In this document: piece by piece, positions 37,602 through 47,271 of the stretch | Numbering within the stretch: the stretch's first letter is position 1 | Layout: every line of letters begins with the position of its first letter | NCBI GenBank assembly: GCA_038043525.1 | Contig: JBBTBW010000016.1 | Span: 14,713 to 78,712, forward strand | DNA length: 64,000 bases | Source of the DNA: Deltaproteobacteria bacterium | Lineage (GTDB): Bacteria > Desulfobacterota > GWC2-55-46 | Direction: 5' to 3' | Made by a program: the position numbers and the translations under genes | Notes under the pieces: generated by a model | Database searches by the model: none | The model's input: the letters and a program-made list of their open reading frames with translations, nothing else | Told to the model about the DNA's origin: nothing

Positions 37602-39038
37602 CTATCCGAGTTTTTCCTTGAGGAGCTTATTGACCGCCTGAGGGTTGGCCTGTCCTTTCGTGGCCTTCATCGTCTCGCCTACGAAAAAGCCGATGAGCTG
37701 GACCTTGCCTTCCCTGAACTTCGCGACGTTGTCCGGGTTGGCTTCGATTATCCCGTCTATTATCTTCGCCAGTGCCGACTCGTCTGAAATCTGAGACATG
37801 CCCTTTGACTTGACTATCTCAGCCGCACCTTTGCCTGTGCGGTACATCTCTTCAAAGACCTCTTTCGCGGTCTTGCCGTTTATCTCGCCTTTTTTTACCA
37901 TCAGGATAAGCTCTGAGATAGCCTCAGCGGCCAGGGCGCAGGCCCTTATATCCGCCTGGTCTTCCTTGAGGAGCCTTAGAAGCTCTCCCATGATCCAGTT
38001 GGAAGATACCTTCGGTTCTCCGGTCAGGGTTGCGAGCCTTTCGTAGTAGTCGGCCAGATACTTATCCGCTGTGAGTACCCCTGCGTCGTAGGGCGGTATC
38101 GAGTACTGTTCGACAAACCTCTGCCTCTTTGCCTGAGGGAGTTCAGGCACGGCCGAGCGGGCGGCCTCAACAAGGGCTTCGTCAATGATCAGAGGCAGGA
38201 GATCGGGCTCAGGGAAGTAGCGGTAGTCGTGAGCTTCTTCTTTCGATCTCATGGAGAGCGTTATGCCCTTTGCCGAATCGAAGAGGCGCGTTTCCTGAAC
38301 GACCTTTCCGCCGTTCTCGATGAGGTCGATCTGCCTATGGATCTCGTAGTCTATCGCGTCCTTGACGAACTTGAAGGAGTTGACGTTCTTGATCTCGGCC
38401 TTGGTGCCAAGTTCTTTCTGTCCTACAGGCCGGACCGAGACGTTGGCGTCGCAGCGGAAGCTTCCTTCTTCCATGTTGCCGTCGCATATCTCAAGGTAGA
38501 CGAGTATGTCCCTTATCATCTTCAGGTACGCGTGTGCCTCTTCGGAGGTCCTCATGTCAGGTTCGCTCACTATCTCTATGAGAGGGACGCCTGTCCTGTT
38601 AAGGTCGACGAACGAGTAGCCTGCGTCCTGCGGTCCTTCGCCGTGGAGGAGTTTTCCGGCGTCCTCTTCCATGTGTATGCGCGTTATGCCAAGCCTCTTT
38701 TTAGTGCCGTCAAGCTCTATATCGATGTGGCCGTACTCGGCAAGCGGTTCGTTATATTGCGATATCTGGTAGCCCTTGGGCAGATCCGGGTAGAAGTAGT
38801 TCTTCCTCGCGAAGACGCTCTTCAGGTTGATCTTGCAGCCTACGGCAATGGCCATCCTTACAGCGTAATCGACAGAGCGCCTGTTGAGTACCGGAAGGAC
38901 CCCGGGCATCCCGAGGCATATCGGGCAGACCTGAGTGTTAGGCTCAGAGCCGAACTTTGTCGAACATGAGCAGAAAAGTTTTGAATCCGTCAAAAGCTGG
39001 GCGTGGACCTCAAGCCCTATAACCGCTTCGAATTTCAT
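37602..39038 (-). CDS. gatB: Asp-tRNA(Asn)/Glu-tRNA(Gln) amidotransferase subunit B
   Basis: [16 protein letters not shown]-terminus, GatB/YqeY C-terminal domain; unambiguous. Confidence 0.95.
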   Translation of the reverse strand: MKFEAVIGLEVHAQLLTDSKLFCSCSTKFGSEPNTQVCPICLGMPGVLPVLNRRSVDYAVRMAIAVGCKINLKSVFARKNYFYPDLPKGYQISQYNEPLAEYGHIDIELDGTKKRLGITRIHMEEDAGKLLHGEGPQDAGYSFVDLNRTGVPLIEIVSEPDMRTSEEAHAYLKMIRDILVYLEICDGNMEEGSFRCDANVSVRPVGQKELGTKAEIKNVNSFKFVKDAIDYEIHRQIDLIENGGKVVQETRLFDSAKGITLSMRSKEEAHDYRYFPEPDLLPLIIDEALVEAARSAVPELPQAKRQRFVEQYSIPPYDAGVLTADKYLADYYERLATLTGEPKVSSNWIMGELLRLLKEDQADIRACALAAEAISELILMVKKGEINGKTAKEVFEEMYRTGKGAAEIVKSKGMSQISDESALAKIIDGIIEANPDNVAKFREGKVQLIGFFVGETMKATKGQANPQAVNKLLKEKLG

Positions 39039-39162
39039 CTGTCTGTCCCTTGTGTGAGATTTTTATGCCACGGCGTGAAACGGCCCGGCCTCTTTCAGCC
39101 TCAGTCCAAGACTCAGATATAGTAAACTCCTGTCTTGACCTGAGGATTGTCTGGAAATAGTT

Positions 39163-39211
39163 TTTGTCTGAAACTCAGTCTTTGCCTGAAACTTCGTTTT
39201 TGCCTGAAACT
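39163..39211. repeat. 3 x 18-nt tandem repeat (TTTGYCTGAAACT core) in gatA-gatB intergenic region
   Basis: Copies at 39163, 39181 and 39199 with an exact 18-nt period. Confidence 0.4.
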
Positions 39212-40671
39212 TAGATCGCCGGCCTCTTCTTGTGCCACTCGGTTGCCTGTTCGTACGCGTGCGCGGCCTTTAGTATCGCGCCCTCGTCCATCTGCCTTGA
39301 CAGGAGCTGTAGCCCCACCGGAAGCCCTTCACCGGTAAAGCCGCAAGGGACCGATATGCCGGGCAGGCCCGCGAGGTTGCACGAGATCGTGAATATGTCG
39401 GAGAGATACATGGTCAGCGGGTCTTCGAGCTTCTCTCCGAGCCTGAACGCGGCTGTCGGGGCCGTAGGCGTGGCTATCACGTCGCATAGATCAAAGGCCG
39501 AGTCGAAGTCGCCCTTGATAAGCGTCCTCACCTGCGAGGCCTTTTTGTAGTAGGCGTCGTAGTAGCCGGATGAGAGCGCATACGTCCCGAGCATTATCCT
39601 TCTTTTGACCTCGGCGCCGAAGCCGGTGTCCCTCGTCATCTTGTACATCTCAAGGAGGTTCTTTGCGCCGTCGGCCCGAAGACCGAACCTTACTCCGTCG
39701 TAACGCGCAAGGTTGCTTGACGCCTCTGCCGTTGCAACGAGATAGTAGACGGATACCGCGTACTCGGTGTGCGGCAGGCTTACGGGGACAAGTTCGGCAC
39801 CGAGGCCTTTGAGCGTTTTAAGGGCCGAGTCTATGGAGGAGGCGACGTCGGCATCAATCCCATCGATGAAGTATTCCTTCGGTATGCCGATCTTGAGGCC
39901 CTTGATGTCTTTCGTAAGAAAGGCCGTGTAATCAGGTGTCGCGGCATTGATGGACGTTGAATCTAACGAGTCGTGCCCTGCGATCGCTCCAAGCATAATG
40001 GCCGCGTCGCGGACATCTTTGGTGAAAGGCCCGGCCTGATCGAGAGAGGATGCGAACGCGATCATGCCGAAGCGCGAGACCCTGCCGTAAGTGGGCTTGA
40101 GACCGACAACCCCGCAGCATGAGGCAGGCTGTCTGATGGAGCCGCCTGTGTCAGTGCCGACCGAGGCCGCCGAAAGCGACGCGGCTACAGCGGCGGCAGA
40201 ACCCCCGGAGCTTCCTCCCGGGACGCGGTCGAGCGCCCACGGGTTTGAGGTCTTTTTGAAGGCCGAGTTTTCGGTGGATGAACCCATCGCGAACTCGTCC
40301 ATGTTGTTCTTGCCGATGATCACTGCCCCGGCTTCTTTGAGCCTTCTTACGACGGTTGCGTCGTACGGCGGGATGAAGTTGCCGAGTATCTTCGAGCCGC
40401 AGGTCGTGCGTATCCCCTTCGTGCAGAAGATGTCTTTAACGGAAATCGGTATGCCTGCAAGCGGGCCCTGCTTTGCGCCTGAGGCGAATCTTTTGTCTGC
40501 CTCTGCCGCGGCTTCCATCGCCGCCTCGGCCGTTACAGTGAGGTAGGCGTTCACCGAGCCTTCGACGGCATCTATCCGTTTGAGGTAGGCCGCAGTAAGT
40601 TCGCTTGATGTGATCTCTCCGGCGGAGAGTTTTTCAGTCAGTTCGTGTATCGTAAGCGAGGTCAGGTCCAA
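39211..40671 (-). CDS. gatA: Glu-tRNA(Gln) amidotransferase subunit A
   Basis: Amidase signature ([12 protein letters not shown], catalytic Ser-cisSer-Lys context). TTG start with AAGGAG upstream; no nearby ATG. Confidence 0.95.
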   Translation of the reverse strand: MDLTSLTIHELTEKLSAGEITSSELTAAYLKRIDAVEGSVNAYLTVTAEAAMEAAAEADKRFASGAKQGPLAGIPISVKDIFCTKGIRTTCGSKILGNFIPPYDATVVRRLKEAGAVIIGKNNMDEFAMGSSTENSAFKKTSNPWALDRVPGGSSGGSAAAVAASLSAASVGTDTGGSIRQPASCCGVVGLKPTYGRVSRFGMIAFASSLDQAGPFTKDVRDAAIMLGAIAGHDSLDSTSINAATPDYTAFLTKDIKGLKIGIPKEYFIDGIDADVASSIDSALKTLKGLGAELVPVSLPHTEYAVSVYYLVATAEASSNLARYDGVRFGLRADGAKNLLEMYKMTRDTGFGAEVKRRIMLGTYALSSGYYDAYYKKASQVRTLIKGDFDSAFDLCDVIATPTAPTAAFRLGEKLEDPLTMYLSDIFTISCNLAGLPGISVPCGFTGEGLPVGLQLLSRQMDEGAILKAAHAYEQATEWHKKRPAI

Positions 40672-40705
40672 GGTTGGTTCTCCTTGCGTTTGTTTTTATC
40701 CGAGT

Positions 40706-40993
40706 TTATTCGATGATCTTGGGCACTTTGAAACAGCCCTTCTCTCTAAGCGGCGCGTTGGAGGTGGACAGATCCTGTCCGAGAGAATCAGCTACTACGT
40801 CATCTCTAAAGACCGATGTGGGAGGAACGGTATATGTCGTAGGGACTATCCCATCGGTATTCAGCTCGGAGAGCTTTTCAACGTGCTTCAATATCCTCTG
40901 CAGCTGGTCTGTGTATAGATCTGATTCCTGCGGTGTGAGTGCGAGCCTCGCAAGGTCTGCGACACGCATGACGTCATCTTTTGTTATCGACAT
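40706..40993 (-). CDS. gatC: Glu-tRNA(Gln) amidotransferase subunit C
   Basis: A 95-aa protein (MSITKDDVMRVADLARLAL...) at the head of the gatCAB operon. Confidence 0.9.
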   Translation of the reverse strand: MSITKDDVMRVADLARLALTPQESDLYTDQLQRILKHVEKLSELNTDGIVPTTYTVPPTSVFRDDVVADSLGQDLSTSNAPLREKGCFKVPKIIE

Positions 40994-41185
40994 GATAGCC
41001 CCTTTATCTCAAGTTTTACGGATGCCGTTCTTTTTGTTTGTGTGCGTATAGCGCGTTTGAAGGCCGTGGGATATGGCCTTTGGTTCGTCTGCCATTGGAG
41101 CTTAAGCATGCTGGTTCGTAAAGCTATCATAATCGGCCGCCTCAGGCAAGCCTTTGGTGTCTCACGGTTTTTTTGCCTCAAGAGG

Positions 41186-41214
41186 TTGACACGGTGATAC
41201 TTCGCTGATAGATT
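41186..41214 (+). promoter_or_regulatory. candidate promoter for small Lys-rich ORF
   Basis: TTGACAcgg, 17-nt spacer, TAGATT. Shares the TTGACACGG -35 context with the promoter at 41476. Confidence 0.3.
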
Positions 41215-41282
41215 TATCATATAAGGGCCTAAGCATCGATCTCATCAGTACCTGATGGCCCAAAACCAAGGAGGTGTCTGAG

Positions 41283-41375
41283 ATGGCAACAGTAAAGAAA
41301 CCTGCCAAGAAGAAAGCGGCTCCTGCAAAAAAGACGGCAGCGAAGAAGATGGCCAAGAAGCCGGGCTGCTGCTGA
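41283..41375 (+). CDS. 30-aa Lys/Ala-rich basic peptide ending in Gly-Cys-Cys
   Basis: Perfect AAGGAGG 8 nt upstream of the ATG, followed by an intrinsic terminator. Translation: MATVKKPAKKKAAPAKKTAAKKMAKKPGCC. Absent from the ORF track because it is under 60 aa. Confidence 0.45.
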   Translation: MATVKKPAKKKAAPAKKTAAKKMAKKPGCC

Positions 41376-41402
41376 TAAGCCGCTGTCCATCTGCTTCAGA
41401 GA

Positions 41403-41448
41403 AGGGGAGATGACCTTAGTCGTAAGGCCTTCTCCCTTTTTTTATTTT
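41403..41448 (+). terminator. intrinsic terminator after small ORF
   Basis: GGGAGA...(inner CCTTA-gtcg-TAAGG)...TCTCCC nested hairpin followed by TTTTTTTATTTT. Confidence 0.55.
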
Positions 41449-41475
41449 CCTTCGTATCCCGTCTGTTTCTGCCTC

Positions 41476-41505
41476 TTGACACGGCTGGGGGCTCGGCATT
41501 AGAAT
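41476..41505 (+). promoter_or_regulatory. candidate promoter for CN-hydrolase gene
   Basis: TTGACAcgg, 18-nt spacer, TAGAAT; followed by a ~160-nt leader. Confidence 0.3.
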
Positions 41506-41665
41506 ACTGAAGCTCAGGCGTTGTCTTTATTGGGCTCTGTGTTTATCAGAGACTGTGTAGCCGGTCCGCAGTCTTTGACTTCAAGGGATGGGGATGTGAT
41601 AGTGCGCGCGTATCAGGCCCATCGAGAAGCCTTGTCAGTCCGGCCGGTCAGTTCGAAGGAGGCTT

Positions 41666-42457
41666 ATGAAGGTCGCTTGCATCCAGACGTCGCCGGTCTT
41701 CGGCGCTATAAAAAAGAATGTCGATGACGCAGTAAAAAAGATCTCTCGCATCGACGCCGACCTTGTAGTCCTGCCGGAGTTGTTTTCTACCGGCTATCAG
41801 TTCAGGGACAAGAAGGAGGCGTTAAGTTACGGAGAAGATGTCAGGACAGGGTACGCCTCGACCATGCTCGCAGGTCTTGCAAAAAAGAAGAAGATGCATA
41901 TAGTCGCAGGGATAAACGAGAGGGCCGGGAAGAAGGTCTATAACTCCGCTGTGCTCGTCGGTCCGAATGGGCTCTGCGGGCTATATAGAAAGGGGCATCT
42001 CTTCTGGAACGAGAAGAAGATATTCTCCCCCGGGGATACAGAGCTTAATGTGTATGATATCGGCAAGGCGAAGATCGGGCTGATGGTTTGCTTCGACTGG
42101 ATATTTCCGGAGGTGGCAAGGACTCTGGCTCTGAGAGGAGCTGATATCCTCTGCCAGCCATCGAACCTGGTGCTTCCGTACTGCCCTCAGGCGATGATAA
42201 CAAGGTCTATCGAGAACAGGGTCTATTCGATAGTCGCTAACAGGGTCGGCACAGAGGAGCGTATTAAGGGGAGCCGCCTCGATTTTATCGGGCAGAGCGA
42301 GGTCGTAGCCCCTGACGGGGAGGTCCTCTGGAGGGCTGGAGGCAAGAGGACCGCTTCAAAGGTCGTTGATATCGATCCGAGGCTTGCCAGGAACAAGTCG
42401 ATAAACCCCCTGAACAACCTCTTTAAGGACAGAAGAGAGGACCTTTTTGCATTATAG
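41666..42457 (+). CDS. carbon-nitrogen hydrolase (nitrilase superfamily)
   Basis: E-K-C triad context: VLPELF (Glu), RKGHLF (Lys), LMVCFDWIFPE (Cys). GAAGGAGG SD. Confidence 0.85.
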   Translation: MKVACIQTSPVFGAIKKNVDDAVKKISRIDADLVVLPELFSTGYQFRDKKEALSYGEDVRTGYASTMLAGLAKKKKMHIVAGINERAGKKVYNSAVLVGPNGLCGLYRKGHLFWNEKKIFSPGDTELNVYDIGKAKIGLMVCFDWIFPEVARTLALRGADILCQPSNLVLPYCPQAMITRSIENRVYSIVANRVGTEERIKGSRLDFIGQSEVVAPDGEVLWRAGGKRTASKVVDIDPRLARNKSINPLNNLFKDRREDLFAL

Positions 42458-42674
42458 CCGCCTTTTTTGGAAAGTTAAAGGTTAGGTATTACAGGGTGTT
42501 AGCTCCGGGCGGTCTCTTTTTTGCGACTTACTGTATACAGTATACCACTTTCCGCTTGACAAAGGTCTTGAGTTGGTTTATTTTGGCAACATTCCAAGAC
42601 GAGCATATCGTAACATTTAGAACCTTTGTTGGCTGACGGCTGCACAAAACCGTAAAAACTACGAGGGACTTGAG

Positions 42675-43040
42675 ATGCTGCTGTCTTATCTGCCGATACT
42701 CATAATGGTGGGCGCCGCGACCTTCATGGGCGTTATGGCTCTCTTTATGAGTTTCATAATGCAAAACAAGAATCCCTACAAGGCCAAGCTCTCGCCGTGG
42801 GAATGCGGCATGGAGCCTATCGGAGAGGCCAACAAGGGTCATTTCAGGATCCACTTCTTTATCATCGCCATACTCTTCGTTATATTCGACGTTGAAACGC
42901 TCTTTCTTTTCCCTTGGGCGGTACTCCTTACAGACACGACAATATCCATGTTCATATTTATCGAGATGGTGCTCTTTATAGCGGTGCTCGCCATAGGGCT
43001 TGTCTACGCCTGGGTCAAGGGCGCGCTTGAGTGGGTCTGA
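42675..43040 (+). CDS. nuoA: NADH-quinone oxidoreductase subunit A
   Basis: Three TM helices, LSPWECGMEP motif. Confidence 0.9.
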   Translation: MLLSYLPILIMVGAATFMGVMALFMSFIMQNKNPYKAKLSPWECGMEPIGEANKGHFRIHFFIIAILFVIFDVETLFLFPWAVLLTDTTISMFIFIEMVLFIAVLAIGLVYAWVKGALEWV

Positions 43041-43102
43041 CGCGCCGCGGCGCAGGTTGTTATCTAATAAAAACGCCTGTTTAGCAGGCTTAGAGTAGGC
43101 AG

Positions 43103-43666
43103 ATGAACTCTGGAAAAAACCCGATAGAAGATTCAATGTTCTTTACCACGCTCGACTCCATCGCCGACGTGCTCCGGAACAACCCCATAGTAAAGACGGT
43201 CAAGGGCAACCCTGTCGTCGGTGACGTGGTGAACTGGGGCAGGACATCTTCGCTCTGGCCGATGACCTTCGGGCTTGCCTGCTGCGCTATCGAGATGATA
43301 GCGGCCGGATGCTCGCGTTACGACCTTGACAGAATGGGCATCGTCTTCAGGCCGTCACCCCGCCAGTCGGACGTAATGGTGGTAGCCGGCACAATGACTA
43401 AAAAGATCGCTCCGGCCGTTAAAAGGCTCTATGACCAGATGCCTGAGCCCCGCTGGGTCATAGCCCAGGGCGGGTGCGCCTCTGCCGGCGGCCCGTATAA
43501 TACGTATTCGGTCGTGCAGGGCACTGACCTTGTTATCCCGGTCGACGTGTATATCCCGGGTTGTCCTCCGAGGCCTGACGCGCTCTTGTTCGGGTTCCTT
43601 CAGCTAATGGAGAAGATCAAAAAAGAGAGCCCCTTTATCATAGAAGACAGAAAGTTAGGCTATTAG
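43103..43666 (+). CDS. nuoB: NADH-quinone oxidoreductase subunit B
   Basis: N2-cluster cysteines [10 protein letters not shown]-terminal GCPPRP. Start could instead be 43133. Confidence 0.9.
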   Translation: MNSGKNPIEDSMFFTTLDSIADVLRNNPIVKTVKGNPVVGDVVNWGRTSSLWPMTFGLACCAIEMIAAGCSRYDLDRMGIVFRPSPRQSDVMVVAGTMTKKIAPAVKRLYDQMPEPRWVIAQGGCASAGGPYNTYSVVQGTDLVIPVDVYIPGCPPRPDALLFGFLQLMEKIKKESPFIIEDRKLGY

Positions 43667-43673
43667 GCGGGAT

Positions 43674-44177
43674 ATGGTAGAAAAGGAATCTGTACTCATA
43701 AAGAAGGTAAAAGAGGCGTTCAGGGATGCGATCCTTGAGACGACCGTCTTTCGCGGCGAGATCACGCATCTGGTCGAAAAAAGCGCTATCTTGTCCCTGT
43801 GCACCTTTTTGAAGAACGATTCTGAGCTTAAGATGAACTATCTTGTCGACGTCATCGGTGTAGATTACCAGCCCAGAGAGCCTCGTTTTGAGGTCGTATA
43901 CCACCTCTACTCCATATCCAGAAGGCACAGGGTAAGGCTCAAGGTGAGGCTTGCCGAAGGCGAGGCAGTTGCCTCGGTTGCAAATGTCTGGAAGGGCGCG
44001 GACTGGCCTGAGAGAGAGGCGTACGACATGTTTGGTATTGTCTTTGAAGGCCACCCGGAACTCAAGCGCATATACATGGCCGAAGACTGGGAGGGTTTCC
44101 CTCTCAGGAAGGATTATCCTCTAAGGGGCTTTAAGGACAGATATAACCCTTACGGCGTTGACAAAGAAGAGAACTGA
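43674..44177 (+). CDS. nuoC: NADH-quinone oxidoreductase subunit C
   Basis: 30-kDa-subunit motifs (EREAYDMFGIVFEGHPELKRIY); separate from nuoD, not fused. Confidence 0.9.
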   Translation: MVEKESVLIKKVKEAFRDAILETTVFRGEITHLVEKSAILSLCTFLKNDSELKMNYLVDVIGVDYQPREPRFEVVYHLYSISRRHRVRLKVRLAEGEAVASVANVWKGADWPEREAYDMFGIVFEGHPELKRIYMAEDWEGFPLRKDYPLRGFKDRYNPYGVDKEEN

Positions 44178-44235
44178 GAGGCAGCGGCATAAAGCGGCGC
44201 ATAACGACTGAATAATCGCAAAAGACATAAACATA

Positions 44236-45432
44236 ATGGCAGAGCGCGACGAACAAAACTTGATTGATACGCAGGTGATGACCCTGCACATGGGCCCTCA
44301 GCACCCCTCGACTCACGGGGTGCTCCACATGATCCTCGATATGCAGGGCGAGAAGGTCTTGAAGGTCGTCCCTGACATCGGTTATCTCCACAGGGGCACG
44401 GAGAAGATCGCAGAGAACCTGCTGTACCACCAGTTTATCCCTTATACGGACAGGCTCGACTATATGTGTGCGATGTCGAATAACCTCGCGTACGTCCAGG
44501 CCGTAGAGAAGCTGATGGGCATAGAGATCACCGAGAGGGCCAAGTACATAAGGGTCATCTCAGCCGAGCTTTCAAGGATAGCCGGCCATCTGTTAAGCGT
44601 CGGCGCTTGGGCCATGGATCTCGGCGCCATGTCGATACTCCTTTACGCCATCAGGGAAAGAGAGATCATACTCGACATATTCGAGATGCTTTGCGGTGCG
44701 AGGATGACGCTCAGCTACCTGCGGGTGGGCGGTGTCAGGTACGACTTCACCGATCAGTGCAAGGATGCGACAAAGAACCTCCTTGAGATACTTCCCAAGA
44801 GGATAGACGAATACGAGACGATACTTACCGGCAACAGGATCTGGCTCAAGAGGAACAAGGGCGTCGGCGTCATAAGCGCTGAAGAGGCGATAAACCTCGG
44901 CCTTTCAGGCCCGTCGCTTCGCGGAAGCGGCGTTAAGTGGGATGTGAGAAAGGACGAGCCGTATCTTGTTTACGACAGGTTCGATTTCAACATACCGACA
45001 GGCACGAATGGCGACTGCTTCGACCGTTATCTCGTTAGAATTGAAGAGATCCGCCAGTCGATACGGATAATAGGCCAGGCGCTGAAAGACCTGCCTGAAG
45101 GCCCTTTCAACATCGATATGCCGCAGGTAGTGCCTCCGCCGAAGCCGGACGTCTACAAGAACATGGAGGCGCTCATCCATCACTTCAAGTACGTCTCAAA
45201 CGGCTTCAAGGTCCCTGCCGGAGAGATATATTCCTCGATAGAGGCCCCGAAGGGCGAGCTCGGCACCTACATTGTTAGCGACGGGTCCGAGAAGCCGCAC
45301 AGGGTGAAGCTCCGAGTGCCGACATTCATGAACCTTCAGACGATAGACCACATGTGCAGGGGCAACTACCTTGCCGACGTCATAGCGATAGTTTCAAGCC
45401 TCGACCCTGTCTTCGGCGAGTGCGACAAGTAA
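44236..45432 (+). CDS. nuoD: NADH-quinone oxidoreductase subunit D
   Basis: 49-kDa subunit: LHMGPQHPSTHGV, GYLHRGTEK. Confidence 0.95.
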   Translation: MAERDEQNLIDTQVMTLHMGPQHPSTHGVLHMILDMQGEKVLKVVPDIGYLHRGTEKIAENLLYHQFIPYTDRLDYMCAMSNNLAYVQAVEKLMGIEITERAKYIRVISAELSRIAGHLLSVGAWAMDLGAMSILLYAIREREIILDIFEMLCGARMTLSYLRVGGVRYDFTDQCKDATKNLLEILPKRIDEYETILTGNRIWLKRNKGVGVISAEEAINLGLSGPSLRGSGVKWDVRKDEPYLVYDRFDFNIPTGTNGDCFDRYLVRIEEIRQSIRIIGQALKDLPEGPFNIDMPQVVPPPKPDVYKNMEALIHHFKYVSNGFKVPAGEIYSSIEAPKGELGTYIVSDGSEKPHRVKLRVPTFMNLQTIDHMCRGNYLADVIAIVSSLDPVFGECDK

Positions 45433-45480
45433 GGCAGAGAGCGCATTAAAACATAAGCGAGACAGAAGCAGAGAGAGAAC

Positions 45481-45951
45481 ATGTTTTCAGAAAACGCCAG
45501 AAAAGAGCTCGAAGCGATCCTCAAGAAGTACCCGAACAAGCGTTCAGCGGTCATGGACGCGTTAAGGGTGGCTCAGAACGAGGGGGCAGGGCATATAACG
45601 AAAGCGGACATGGAAGAGATCTCCAGGGTTCTTGAGATGCCTGCGAACGAGGTCCACGCAGCGGCGACCTTCTACACGATGTACAGGGTCAATAAGCCGG
45701 TAGGCAAGTACCATATACAGGTATGCGCCAACATATCATGCTCTCTTATGGGCGCGGACCACATCATTAAGCACATGGAAAACGTCCTTCGTATAAAGAC
45801 AGGCGAGACGACGCCGGATTCCAAGTACACCCTTTCGACAGTCGAATGCCTCGGCTCTTGCGGAACGGCGCCGATGATGCAGGTAAACGACGATTATTAC
45901 GAGAACCTCGACGAGAAGAAGATAGACGAGCTTCTGGGCAGACTTAAATAG
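45481..45951 (+). CDS. nuoE: NADH-quinone oxidoreductase subunit E
   Basis: Thioredoxin-like 2Fe-2S cysteines (CANISCSLMG...CLGSCGTAP). Confidence 0.9.
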   Translation: MFSENARKELEAILKKYPNKRSAVMDALRVAQNEGAGHITKADMEEISRVLEMPANEVHAAATFYTMYRVNKPVGKYHIQVCANISCSLMGADHIIKHMENVLRIKTGETTPDSKYTLSTVECLGSCGTAPMMQVNDDYYENLDEKKIDELLGRLK

Positions 45952-45986
45952 AAGGCCCTTTAAAGGGCGCGGATAAATTACCGGGC

Positions 45987-47249
45987 ATGGAAAAAGTACT
46001 CCTTAAAAATTACGGCAAGCCTGATTCGCACAAGATAGAGAATTACATCTTGAGCGGCGGGTACAAGGGCCTCGAAGCGGCTGTAAAGCTCAAGCCGGAC
46101 TCCCTTATCCAGTTGATAAAGGACTCAGGCCTCAGGGGCCGCGGCGGCGCGGGCTTTTCAACAGGCCTCAAGTGGAGCTTCATACCCAAGGACCCGACAA
46201 TACCCAAGTTCCTGTGCTGCAACGCCGACGAGGGCGAGCCGGGGACGTTCAAGGACAGGGGTATCATAGACCACGACCCGCATCTGTTGATCGAGGGGAT
46301 GATCATAACATCCTACGCCATCGGCGCATCGAACGCGTACATCTACATCAGGGGCGAGTTCGTCTTCGGCACAAACAGGCTACAGGTAGCCATAGACGAG
46401 GCCTACGCAAAGGGTTACCTCGGAAAAAACATCATGGGTTCGGGCTTCAACCTTGATATGTACATACACAGGGGCTTCGGCGCCTATATATGCGGCGAAG
46501 AGACCGCGCTTCTCGAATCTATCGAGGGCTACAGGGCTCAGCCGAGGAAGAAGCCTCCGTTTCCAGCGCTTGCCGGACTCTACGCCAAGCCTACCGTCAT
46601 AAACAACGTCGAGACGCTCTCGTGCATACCGTCGATAGTCGAGAAAGGCGCTGAGTGGTTCTCGAAGATCGGCGCTCCGAAGAGCCCTGGGCCGAAGATA
46701 TACTGCGTAAGCGGACACGTGAAAAAGCCGGGCCTTTATGAGCTTCCGATGGGTACGACGGTCAGGGACCTGATATTCAACCATTGCGGCGGCATGCTCC
46801 ACGAGGGCAGGGCCTTGAAGGCTGTAATACCCGGAGGGGTCAGCGCGCCTCTGCTTACGCCGAAGGATCTTGATACGCCTCTTGATTTCGATTCTCTGGC
46901 CGCAAAAGGCTCGATGCTTGGGTCAGGCGCGGTCATAGTGATGGACCAGACGACCTGCATGGTCAAGTCAGCACACATCGTAACCAGGTTTTTCAGCCAT
47001 GAATCATGCGGAAAGTGCACCCCGTGCAGGGACGGCACACCGTGGCTCACCAGGGTGCTCGGCAGGATAGAGCACGGCGAAGGAAAGCCCGGCGACGTTG
47101 AGCTTTTGGAGAGCCTGTGCACGAACATATTCGGCAGGACGTTTTGCCCGCTCGGCGACGGCGCGGTGATGGCGCTTCGGGGTTTCGTGAAGAACTTCAG
47201 GGACGAGTTCCAGTTCCACATAGACTATAAGAGATGCATGGTCTCATAA
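45987..47249 (+). CDS. nuoF: NADH-quinone oxidoreductase subunit F
   Basis: GRGGAGFSTGLKW FMN/NADH site, 4Fe-4S cysteines (ESCGKCTPCRDG). Confidence 0.95.
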   Translation: MEKVLLKNYGKPDSHKIENYILSGGYKGLEAAVKLKPDSLIQLIKDSGLRGRGGAGFSTGLKWSFIPKDPTIPKFLCCNADEGEPGTFKDRGIIDHDPHLLIEGMIITSYAIGASNAYIYIRGEFVFGTNRLQVAIDEAYAKGYLGKNIMGSGFNLDMYIHRGFGAYICGEETALLESIEGYRAQPRKKPPFPALAGLYAKPTVINNVETLSCIPSIVEKGAEWFSKIGAPKSPGPKIYCVSGHVKKPGLYELPMGTTVRDLIFNHCGGMLHEGRALKAVIPGGVSAPLLTPKDLDTPLDFDSLAAKGSMLGSGAVIVMDQTTCMVKSAHIVTRFFSHESCGKCTPCRDGTPWLTRVLGRIEHGEGKPGDVELLESLCTNIFGRTFCPLGDGAVMALRGFVKNFRDEFQFHIDYKRCMVS

Positions 47250-47271
47250 ACAGCAACAGCGAAGAGCAGAG

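Noticed and set aside
41162-41356. 64-aa minus-strand ORF (MAIFFAAVFFAGAAFF...)
   Set aside because: It is the antisense reading of the AAG/AAA-rich sense sORF (which gives the Phe-rich translation). It has no SD, and the plus-strand sORF has a perfect SD and a terminator.
41510-41665. ~160-nt leader of the CN-hydrolase gene as a possible riboswitch
   Set aside because: No recognisable riboswitch consensus (no TPP, SAM, FMN or glycine-like conserved cores) and only generic GC-rich hairpins.
42528-43136. 202-aa minus-strand ORF overlapping nuoA/nuoB
   Set aside because: It lies fully antisense to two well-supported nuo genes. High-GC genomes routinely produce long antisense ORFs.
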